NCBI GenBank assembly: GCA_964019425.1
Contig: OZ025795.1
Location: 930,001 to 994,000, forward strand
Reading direction: 5' to 3'
Length of the DNA stretch: 64,000 nt
DNA from: Flectonema sp. DT1601
Taxonomy: Eukaryota
The notes under the pieces: model-generated
Seen by the model: the letters and a program-made list of their open reading frames with translations, nothing else
Databases searched by the model: none
Told to the model about the DNA's origin: nothing
Program-made: the position numbers and the translations under genes
Shown: piece after piece, positions 53,601-64,000 of the stretch
How positions within the stretch are numbered: the first letter of the stretch is position 1
How the letters are laid out: every line of letters starts with the position of its first letter

Positions 53601-56600
53601 ATTTTGAATACAACCCGCGACATATAACAAATGTTGAAATATTAATTGTAAATCAGGAGTGTAAATTGCAGCAATTCTAAAGAAATCTCTTATGCAAGAA
53701 GGAATCGGTTTTCCATGTTTTTTACTGTTGAACGTCGCCGCGATTACAAAATTCATATTTATAATTATCGGCTCAGGTGTTGCAACATCACCAACAGCAG
53801 GATCAACAGCAAGAGCCACAGCAGGTTTTTTCTGTGCCGTAGCATGGTACAGAGTACTTAAACAGGGTGCTAAAAGACCCATAACAGAACAAGGAAGACT
53901 CTCAATGTGATCAAATATACACCATGCTCCAATAGCAATAGTTCCGTACAGAGCATTGAGAAGGGTACCCCATTCCAGTGAAGCGCTGCATTCAACTGAA
54001 ACAGACCGGATGCCAATTTGTTTTGCGAGGTCTCTTATTATTTCTGTTTTCCCACTTATTCCACTTTTGTTGTTACTAGCGACTACTACTCCAGACGATC
54101 TGAGTTGCAAGGCACAAAAAATTGATTTTTGAATTCGCTCTGTCGTCGGGGTGTGGACAGTCAGATTTTTTACATTTAGATACTCATACTGATAGTCTAT
54201 GGAGATATGCATCATATTTACTACTAGTTTTCCACCTTGGAAGGTGTGTTTTAACATTAATTCGTAAGCAATGTTGTTCGTACTCTCAACACCAGCTTCA
54301 AGTAAGTTGTCCAATTGATCTTTAAATGTGAGATGAAGTAGTAACGTTGACTCAACAAGTCTAATATGAGCATCAGGCATGGTTCCTTTCACGTATAACA
54401 ACTTCGTCAAGTCTCTTAAGGTTTTGGTTATCTTAACACGAAGGGCTGTGAGTCCTCGTTTTCCATTTAGTCGAAGAACATCTATAATATCGATGTTGGT
54501 TTGTACTTTTAGTGCAAGTAAAACAATTTGATGAGGCCACGCGAATATCCATGGTACTAAAGCACACCTCTGAGACTCATGTAAAGCTTCTTTTAATAGA
54601 TGACGAAGTGTATCACACATGTGAGTTTCAAGCATGTGTAACCAATTGTCGAGACTATCTCTGTTTGTTTTTATCTTTTTTAATAATGGAACGCATTCTC
54701 CTAGTGGAGATATCATAGTTGAGATGCAGCCATCTTCGATACCGAGTCTGCTGATTCCTTCAAAACATTTCGATAAATGATCTTCTGTTGATGTTGTGTG
54801 AAGATCTCGTCCTGCAGACAACATTCGAAGTATTTCATTGTCAGCCAGCCAGTATAGCCGTGGCCATAGACGACGACGTACTTCAATAAACGACGAAAGT
54901 CCTCGTTGGACTTTCGTCAACTCCAACGACACATCTTTCAAACGAGGAAGTAGATCTTCACCAGCAGTTGCGAGTATTAAAAGTTTTGATGAAACTTCAG
55001 CTTCTTTCATTATGTTGACCCATTGTTTGTGTGTTAGATGAAATCTTCTTGACTCTTGACCAATAGAAGCACATACGTCAGTATTATCAAATATTGGTTT
55101 TAATGATAACCAACTTGTCTGTACAGCTAACCATTGCATTATAATTTCTTGGAGTAGGAGGAGGACTGTTTCCCAATCTCTTGCAGCCTTTTCGAATGGT
55201 GCAATGAACTCATCAACTCTGGTTAACTGAGTGATCATTAAATGTTTATCAATAACTGCAAGAAGATCATGGGCTGGACCAACTGCTATTATCTTACAGC
55301 CTGACCACTCTGAGAACTGAAGACGGTATTCTCTCCATTCAGCTTTCATGGATTCCAACTTATGTTCGAGTTCCCATTCTTGTTTTGCTTGAAGAGCGAT
55401 ACGAGATACGAATTCAGTGTGGTCAGCTATCCCCCACGACAATAAGTTTGAAACAGTCAATACGTCCATTCCATCAGCTGCAGCACCTCCCAACTCAGCG
55501 ACGAGTAGTTTCCAATGTCTGTGTCTTAGATCAGATAATGATAATTGAAGTATCCAAGGAATATCCTTATGAAATCCTGCAACTTCTAATTCAAGTCGTT
55601 TTGCTACTGATTGTGGTTTTGGATAACCTCTAAGAGCTCTAACAGATATTCTTGAAGCAACATGCCACTCAGCTACTAATCTTCCTGTCTTTGCAGCATC
55701 CAACTGTTCAAGTGGAGTGTCGCCAACAATACTTTGATGCTGTAACCATCGGTGTGCTGTTTTCCAAAGTCTACAAAATGGAACCACCTGAGTTAGTAGT
55801 TTTTCAATCTCTGGAAATTCAGTTTTCACAAGTCCAAATATAACCCCATGTCTGCAACAGGTTTCTGCTCTCGTGAGTGCTTCTTCTAATAATTGTCTAA
55901 CTTCACTTGCTTTACCAGCAGCTACTTCTGTTTGTTCATAATCACAAAGTTGAGATAGTTCAAAGACTCGTAATCGATATCCTTCAATATCACTTTTAAG
56001 AGTTTTCTTAGCACGTTCAAGTTGTCTGACGAATTCCTCTTCTTCTTGTTTTAGTAGTTTATCTGACTGTTCCAAACAAGCTCTTATCTTAACAGGCCAT
56101 GTCCTCATGCTGTGAAGTCGATCAGATTCCTCATCAGTCAGTCCTCTCATGTAATATTCTAGTAGGTCAGTTCTCCATCTGTCAACGAGAGAAAAGTCAT
56201 GTTCTTCCACTCGTAGCATTTCAAGGCGCATCCCTGTGTGTGAAATGGAATAGTATTCTATTGTTTGAATAATAGGAAACATACAAACGATGTAATTACA
56301 TACCTGCAGTACTACTGCGAAAAGTGTTAAGTGTTTCTGGAGTGGCAGGTCGAAGTTGTAGTTCAGACCAAAGTCTACCATAAAGCTGACATGCTTTATG
56401 TGAAATATTACTCAACATGGACCGAACGCTGCTAATTATTCGATCGATGCTGATGTTGACGGATGCGACTAGTTTTTGTTTTACGGGAGAGCAGTCGATG
56501 TAGAAAAGGTGACAATGAACACCATCACTTGAGGTGTTTACAATACGATTACGGACGTCTATTAATTCATCAATCTTTCCTCTTACTGTTGAAGTGTTGG

Positions 56601-58956
56601 TATCAGATCCAGGATTGAAAGAGAAATAAGGATCGTCAGACGACAGGAACTCCTCGAATTCTAAATAAGACTGTCGCAGCTTCACTATCGTCTCAGAACA
56701 TATTGAGATGATGTTGTTGATACGGAATCGAACTTCTTCTATTTCAGGATCATTAGAGTCAATTACATTAACATACGACAGTTTTAACTTCATCGCTGAC
56801 AACAACGTCGACTCAACAACCGGAATAGTCCCAGCTGCTGATAAGATATTGTCTACTACCGAGTGAAGCATATCTGTTGGGGGATGTGAGGGATGGTTTT
56901 TCTTTTTTTTTTTTTGTAAAAACAAAACAAAACAAAACAAACCCTTAGCCTCATCAAGCGATACTCGTAAATTAATATTACCATCGATGACATCCAATTC
57001 GATAGTTAGGAGGGGACCGTTTTTTGGAAGGACTGGTGGTGTTCCTGGATTCGTATAGTATCCCAGATCCCATCCTAGCCGATGAGAAGGACCGATTGGT
57101 CTCACTGACGCCTCCAAATATGAAATATACTCAGCAACTGTTGAACTTACTAAGTCTCTCAGAGTAACTGACATTTGATATTTTATTAGTTTTAGGAAAA
57201 CTGCAAAACTAGACTGCTGATACTGCTGCTCAGAATGATAATTTCCTCTGTATTTCTTACCCATTACGCCAAGTAAAGCAGATTCTAAGTCAGCCTTCCA
57301 ACGTAATAAAACTTTTTTTCGAACTAAATCACAATGTGTCTTTTGTTCTGAAGTGAAAACCTGAATTGGCAACATATGATGAATATACCTTCGTGGTGCT
57401 TTATCTGGTGTGTTGTCTGGTGCTATTTTCACAAGTGAAACAGTGGAATGAGCTGTCCATGTTTCCCTAACCTTTAAAAGAACACTCTGAGTAGGTTCGG
57501 TCATCTGTAAACACCTTTGGCTTATAAAGTCTCTTGCTGCATTGTATCGTTGTTTTCTTGCATTGCATTTTTCATAAGGCAAAATTCTGATACCCCAGTC
57601 ATCAGTCACAGAATCATCGCAAAGTGAGATGTCAATTGGTAATAATTGTAGTCTAAATGCAGGACTTAGAAGGTGATACTGAAGTCTTACTTTACGAATG
57701 CTATAAAGATGTTCCTCACATACTTGATTAAGATATTGACTTATTCTTGATCTCCAACATGGTTTCATCCTTCCTGCTGATTTATTAATAATGGAAGCGA
57801 TAGTTGAATCAGATAGTCCACGGTCAGCATCATCAACCATGAGACTGAGTAGTAATTCTGTTCGAAGTTCTTGTTCTGCTTTTTTTCGTTGTTGACGAAG
57901 ATGAAACAATCGAGAATGAAAGTCTTCTGGAGATTCATCTGGGAATCGTAATTGATAGCGACTGATAAGTCTTGAGACACTTTTTATATCAGTTGTCGAC
58001 CTCGATGTTGTCACTGTTTGAGAATACTTAACTCTGTAGTACAAAGACACCGAGTCACGTGACAAAACCGTACAACTCAACCATTTAACATCACACGTAT
58101 ATCTATCATGTTGTAGTATGAATGCCTCTCCAGACAAACGATCGCTTTCAGAATCAAATAATTCCAATGGAAGGAATCCTTCAGTCTTAGTTCTGTACTT
58201 AGATGTTATGTCTTTCTCATTTAGGGTTAATTTTTGCATTAAAGGTGGATCACTATCACAATACTTAGGAGGTACAGATCCACATTTCCGCTGTCTTCTT
58301 GCTGACAATTCTTCCATATAAAGTCGAACAGGGGAGAGTGTTCCTAATCTGAGAGAGTAGAAGGAACCGATTCTCTCTGAAGGTGTGCTGTCTCCGTTTG
58401 AATAAAGTTTTTTTAAAGCTTCCTCATCAACAACAGGTCCTGTAGCTACTTGTTCTTTACTAATGAGGTTCGTATCTGTAATTTTTATTTTTGATGGAGT
58501 TCTTGAAAACGAATCCTTCTTTTTATCGATCGCTGGAGGTTCCGGTGCCACTCCCATAAGAGCCCTCGCTGTTGTCGAGGTCGCTATAGTTTTCAACCTC
58601 AAGGCTTTCATTTTTGGAATTCTGATAACATTTTTACTCTTTTGTAATTGGGTTGAACCATCACCAGGTTGAGGGACGAATTTGTCCATTCCAGTTGGCA
58701 GGTACGCATCTATCCTAACAAGGTCTTCTACGTTAAAATGAGGAGGAGGTTTCCTAACTGAATTTCTCGAAGATAATTTAAAACACGGCAATGCCGGTAA
58801 ATACTTCTCAAGTTGCTCCCAGTGGGCTCGTTTTAGTTTTTCTTGTCCTCGCAGTAGTCGAGTTTTAAACGACTGATCACTGTCCGGTGGATCATCTGGA
58901 ACTGTCAAAACGATATCACCGCATTCATCATACAGAGGCGGATTTGAGAAACTCAT
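44691..58956 (-). CDS. Axonemal dynein heavy chain, DNAH1-like, highly divergent; 5 exons (58956-56943, 56873-56304, 56233-52793, 52726-51905, 51841-44691), ~4665 aa
   Basis: Tail motif GFLPLELFD, linker LRHRHW, WLSLKPIF, RRRLWPRLYWLADNEIL, HLSKCFEGI; AAA1 GKTEIIRDLAK, AAA2 GEVGCGKT, AAA3 GGVGTGKS and GPPLGKQ; stalk/MTBD WAAAQRVL...ISPAAEKLCDYV. Four GT-AG introns give a continuous 13998-nt frame. Confidence 0.92.
51842..51904 (-). other. Dynein intron 4, 63 nt (3n, stop-free)
   Basis: GTTTGT...T-tract...A-tract...AAAACAG; if unspliced it reads as the low-complexity GLCSFYFIFFFPTKKKQQIKT. Confidence 0.8.
52727..52792 (-). other. Dynein intron 3, 66 nt
   Basis: GTATGT...AAACCAAACAG; contains an in-frame stop; splicing gives ADPGIISKAG. 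Confidence 0.9.
56234..56303 (-). other. Dynein intron 2, 70 nt
   Basis: GTATGT...CACACACAG; repairs the frameshift between the 886 aa and 1211 aa ORFs. Confidence 0.9.
56874..56942 (-). other. Dynein intron 1, 69 nt (3n, stop-free)
   Basis: GTTTGTTTTG...AAAAAAA...CCCCCAACAG; if unspliced it reads GLFCFVLFLQKKKKKNHPSHPPT. Confidence 0.8.
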
Positions 58957-59078
58957 TATGTCATTGTTTAGTTATTTTTTTTTTTTTTTTCTCTCTCTCT
59001 CTCTCCCCCAAATCCAGTCTAGACAAAAAAAAATTATGATAGAAACAGCAGAATACGAAGAATGAAAAAAAAAAAAAA

Positions 59079-60443
59079 GGGAAAAACTATAATTCCACAA
59101 AAAAGTTTCTGAAATGTCCGATCTCAACATGAAAGTTTCCGAAATGGACAGCTCCACACAAAAAAGTTTCCGAAATGGACAGCTCCACACAAAATAGTTT
59201 CCGAAACGGACAGCTCCACACACGAAAGTTTCCGAAATGGACAGCTGTTTTTTTTTTTTTTATAGCTTACTGCCAGTGCATTTCGGGGTCGCCCAAAGTC
59301 ATGGGGATTTTTTTTTCTCCCAAAAAAAATTTTTTTTCCTACGTAAGGCAAGGCCATCCGACGAGATGAGTGAAATACACCGAACCTGTGTGACCTGGGC
59401 CTGGGCCTGACTGCGCCCCTGGATCGGCATAGCTCGGTATGTGTGCAGGGCCAGGTATAGGGATGGACGAATTTCGGGTAGAGACACCCGACTTGTCAGC
59501 TCATACAACCATGAGAATTCAGAGTGTATTAAAATACTAGAGGTGCATCACAAGCGTCAGATAGGAGACAAGAGAAATCCAACATCATGAATCTTTAGAA
59601 GAGTGATACAGCTCGGTATGTGTGCAGGGCCGGGTCACCTACGCAGAGACAAGTCTCCGCTACACGTCGTACCAACCAAGATGAGGTATGAGAGCGCAAA
59701 AACCAAGTGTACATGATCAGCGGCCTAGGGCTTGACATGAATAGCTGTGGAGTGGCGAAACCATTTAGTGTTCTCAAGTCTGAGATCACCTCACTGAGCC
59801 ACACAGTACTGTCCTTTCGGAGTTTCTGTGAAAGTAGCCCACGGAACACTTTTCTAAAGATTCAATCAGCCGAACTAATCCGCTACTAACTTTCACTTGA
59901 TTAGCGAGCTACTAGTATATATTATTATGTCACCTGTTGAAAAGGGAGTACTAAGAGGTTGATTCAGGCCCTGCACGTATTAGTTGTAATTACAGCACTT
60001 GCTTTACCTTAAATTACTCCTTCCCTCATTGAGAACCAACCCATCTCGGCCATCCCGGTGTATTTGGGAACGAAGAAAAACCTTGTTTTCTTACCGAACA
60101 GCGAAAAATCCGAATATCACTTTCAGTGAATAGCGAAAGAAAAACCTTTCCGTTTACTGAACAGCGAAAATGAAATTACCTACCATAGCAATTTTATGCG
60201 GGAAAAAAAAAGTTGTTCACTAGCGAAAAGTTTTTTTGGGTGCAGGCAACGGAGAAAAAAAAAAAAAAAAATTTCATTTTGCCAACAAAAAAAAAATTTT
60301 TTTTTTTGCTGTCCATTTCGGAAACTATTTTGTGTGGAGCTGTCCATTTCGGAAACTTTTTTGTGTGGAGCTGTCCGTTTCGGAAACTTTCATGTTGAAA
60401 TCGGACATTTCAGTAACATTTACGTGGAATTAGAGGTTTTCCC
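59079..60443. mobile_element. Foldback/MULE-like non-autonomous element, 1365 bp, with long modular TIRs
   Basis: Termini GGGAAAA..TAATTCCAC and GTGGAATTA..TTTTCCC. The TIRs (59079-59245; 60308-60443) are built of ~31-bp units GTTTCCGAAATGGACAGCTCCACACAAAAAA, 5 on the left and 4 inverted on the right. Both flanks are A runs, compatible with a target duplication. Confidence 0.85.
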
Positions 60444-60877
60444 AAAAAAAAAAAAAGAAAAAAAAACCAAAATAACCAAAACTCAGGTAAAGAAACTAAA
60501 CAAAAAGGTTCGTACTCTGTTCGGACAAATTATTCATTCAAAGAAGGAACAATGTCCCTCAAGACAAAAACCGTCATATCCATTGCTGTACACTGAAGTA
60601 CGGCAGGTGTTGTGACCCAAAATAAAATCAGAATTACTAATTTAGATAAGCAATTGCCTATTAAACACCATTGATACAGTAAACTAAAGAGGGCTAACTC
60701 CATTAGAGCGATGATGTAATAGCAACGTAAGTAGAATTCATTCCTGTTAAGATTGATATGGTCCGCATACAAGGCGCAGTATGTTATTGTCAGCTTTCCA
60801 CTACCTTGTCCGATTGTGGAATAAGTGATGTTTCCTTTGCCAAAAAAAGCAGTCTTGTGAGGAAAAAAATTCACACA

Positions 60878-60929
<52 letters not shown>

Positions 60930-61539
60930 GACCTACAAACCAATTGTTCGGTAACTAACCTATTCCTTTATTGGGATTTTCTGATTTTGTTACGGTTGCG
61001 CTCAAACAAAAACAAAAGTGTGAAGCAAAAAAGAGTAAAAAAAAAAAGTGAAGTTTGCCGATTCTATTTTTCATTCTCCATTCCCAAAGAAATCACTCCC
61101 TTTTATGGTACTAAAAAAAAATAAAAAAAAGCCAAAATATAATTCAGTCCTTCTTACTGCAGGAGGAAGCCCTCAAAATCAGTAGAACGCACAACAAATT
61201 CTGAAACTTCAATTAAAACCCGCTGGCAAGAAACAAATGAAGAGAGAGAAGGAGACTCATCGGGGAACTCTGAGCAGCGATAAATTTAGTACAGGAAATA
61301 AAGCACTCGACTTTATTTAAGTGAGCTCAGTCTTAATACGAAAGGAAGAATGAAATATCTAACAACAACAAAAAAAAAAAAAAAAAAAAAGAGAGAAAAA
61401 AAAGGGAATTAACAATAAACATATTATAAACAGAGGGCACAACCACATAAGTACATAAAAACATGATCGTTGACCTCATAAAGCAGTATCAATTTATCAT
61501 CAAAAAAAGACGTTTAAAAGAAAGAACCACACTGAACAG

Positions 61540-64000
61540 TTACAATGCTGGTTCATCAAACATTTCGTGCATCTTTAACGACCTTTCATTCCTGGATCTC
61601 AGGCGTCCTCCAGGAAGAAGTTTTTCTAATAAACTCAACTCAACAGGAACAACGAGATCATTCTTTGATTCTGATAAAGGATTTATCTTCAACCCCCTCA
61701 CCTTACTTTTAGCTCTGCTAAATTTCTGCTTTGTACGACAGACTGTTGTTGTTTTGTTGTGTTTTGTTTTTTTTTTGGGGGAAAAAAGAAGAAGAAAAAA
61801 CACATACAGAATAATTTTGACGCAAGACAAAAGACCAATCCCAGACTGAACACCGCCAGGACCCATTGAGGTTCTGTGTCAACATACGTATCCAAATATA
61901 CTGTTGGGATAGATGTCGGTGGTGAACTTGTTATCGGAGCAGTTGTATTAGGAGATAGTGTAGATGGAACTACCGTGGGTACTTGAGTTGGTTGGAAATT
62001 ACAACTTGGAATGAATATAGTTTGAAATCCCTTTGCTGTATGCTTCGTCCATTTGAAAGAAGAGGTCACGTCAACCGTCCCTTGCCCTATAGCGAATCCA
62101 ATCACCATAGTGCTATTTATCGTGATGACGGTATCGTTTACATCGCTAGTATTTAGTAATCGAAAAAAGACAACAGATGCAACTGAACTAGAAATATCCT
62201 TTGAAACAAAGGTTCCATCCTGCTGTGGATCAATATCTGGTTCAACATTACCCGTTGAAATACTGAAGTCTGATACTGCTCGTCTCGACACATCACTATC
62301 ACATCCGTAAATATCTAATCCACGCATTCCGGTGGTATTATTTTTGAATCCGACGGCACCATAACTAACTCCAGTAGAAGATAACGGAAACGTGATAGTC
62401 ACTTGTAATGCGGGTTGGGCTTTTTCATCTGTCCCCATCTCAATTGTGATATTGAAGTTGTCAATACTCGTATTAACTTCCCTCAAAACTCCACAACTCA
62501 CAAATGAAACTCGAGGAGCCGCTGTTGGAACATCAGTCGGTAGGAATGTTGGAAGCTGCGTTGGAAGACTTGTTGGAACAGCAGTAGCACATGAAGTAAC
62601 AATTATAATACTGGAACTTCTTTGACTGTGTTGTTGCCAAGTAGTTAAAACCGATCCTTGACCAATAGCATAAGATAGAACTATAGGAACTCCCTCAGTC
62701 AGAATATTATCATTCGGATCTCCTGTATCTATCTTTCTGTAAAAGACTATTGAAGTTCTATTTCTGATGACTTTTCTGGATACGAATACACCGTCTTGTT
62801 GTAGGTCAGCTATTGTCGGTTTTACATTACCTCCGGCGATGTTGAAATCCTTAATGTCAGAAGTAATGCTGTCGAAAGCATAAATATCCATTCCAACCAT
62901 ACTACCTCCTGCAACACCAAAACCGATACCAATAGCTGCATAGTCAACAGCATTGGATGATGGGAAGGTAACATTAAATTGAATCGCAGGATTTGACAAT
63001 TCATCAGTTCCAATGACGTAATCAATACTTAAATCATTAATACCTATAGCCATTGATACACTACTTGAACATGGTGAGAATAATGACGGCGCAAGTGTCG
63101 GAATAGCAGTCGGAACACCAGTTGGAGAGAGTGTATCAGGAGCACTAGTCTGAGCACATTCAGCAAACGTTGTGTTAATTAAAGAGCTTTCAGTATGTTT
63201 CTGCCACGAGTTCAAAGGATTTCCTAATGACCCAGCCCCGTAAGCAACAGCAACAATCATCGATTTATTTAATGACATCAAAACATCGTCAGCGTCAATC
63301 GTGTTAACTTTTCTATAAAACACTACAGTAGTCATATTACCAACAGTACTCGATGATACAAATACTCCGTCTTGTTGAACATCAGCTACAGTTGGCTTCA
63401 CATTCCCAGCTGCGATGTTAAAGTCCTGAACATCAGTAGCGTTGCTATCGAAGGCATAAATATCGAGACCTGTCATACTACTGGTGTTTGTAACACTGAT
63501 ACCAATAGCTGCATAGTCAACAGTATTGGATGATGGGAAGGAAACAGTGAATTGAATTGCAGGATTGGAGAGTTCATCAAACCCAACTTCGTAATCCACA
63601 TCCAAGTCATTGATACCCGTAGTCATTGACACAATACCAGTACAAGGTGTGAATGATGGAGGTGCTGGAGTTGGTACCAACGTTGAAGGAGGAGGAGTTG
63701 CAGGAACAGATGTCGGCGCCAACGTGTCGGGTGCTGCTGTCTGTTGGCAACTCAAAATGGTTACATTCGATGCACTACGTTCACTATGTTTACTCCATGG
63801 GTTGACTGTTCCCAAGACTGACCCTTCACCAATCGCAAAGGCGATAATAAGAGAATCATTAAACTTTATTTCTTCATCTTGTACATCTAACGTGTTAACC
63901 ATTCTATAAAACACTACAGTAGTCATATTACCAACAGTACTCGATGATACAAATACTCCGTCTTGTTGAACATCAGCTACAGTTGGCTTCACATTCCCAG
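61540..64000 (-). CDS. Multi-DOMON single-pass membrane protein, partial (5' end beyond the window); exons >64000-61808 and 61742-61540
   Basis: At least 4 repeats of ~190 aa with YAAIG...M-x-G-x-DIY...VFYR...W-x-x-H, joined by Pro/Thr linkers; TM WVLAVFSLGLVFCLASKLFF; basic cytoplasmic tail after the intron. Confidence 0.88.
61743..61807 (-). other. Intron, 65 nt
   Basis: GTATGTGTTTTTT...AAAAAAAAAACAAAACACAACAAAACAACAACAG; joins the TM to the CRTKQKF...EPAL* frame. Confidence 0.85.

Noticed and set aside
52670..56381. Dynein split into three ORFs, suggesting a pseudogene, frameshifting or stop-codon reassignment
   Set aside because: Canonical GT-AG introns explain every break under the standard code.
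59105..59245. Regular ~31-bp repeats resembling a CRISPR array
   Set aside because: Units are contiguous with no unique spacers, are mirrored as an inverted array at 60308-60420, have no cas genes nearby and sit in a eukaryotic context; they are TIR subrepeats.
60530..60860. Open minus-strand frame with a hydrophobic C-terminal half
   Set aside because: No recognisable family, and the listed start runs through a homopolymer. A small membrane protein from ATG ~60703 cannot be excluded but is unsupported.
44884..63909. Plus-strand ORFs overlapping the dynein and DOMON genes (also those over 2668-5665)
   Set aside because: Antisense shadows of real minus-strand CDSs.

Overview
AT-rich eukaryotic nuclear DNA full of poly(A)/poly(T) tracts. 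All eight credible host genes lie head-to-tail on the minus strand, have short GT-AG introns and pyrimidine-rich AG acceptors just upstream of several start codons. This fits a euglenozoan, probably a diplonemid, polycistronic cluster (inference). In transcription order (right to left): a multi-DOMON single-pass membrane protein (cut by the right edge); a ~1.37 kb foldback/MULE-like element; a five-exon ~4665 aa DNAH1-like dynein heavy chain with a degenerate AAA1 catalytic site; a Q/P-rich zinc-ribbon protein; a CCCH zinc-finger protein with an extra C-x-H/CxxC module; a ~28 kb stretch with no recognisable host gene, holding a 1.87 kb internally deleted TIR transposon and small dispersed repeats; an orphan coiled-coil protein; a carnitine-acyltransferase-like protein lacking its catalytic His; a secreted carboxylesterase; and a Cys-rich type I membrane protein cut by the left edge and missing from the ORF track. 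Most short ORFs in the track are homopolymer or antisense artefacts. The strongest leads are the apparently ATPase-dead dynein, introns that are U-rich at the 5' end and A/C-rich at the 3' end with no polypyrimidine tract, the acyltransferase pseudoenzyme, and the two transposons. All family calls come from motif recognition, not database searches.
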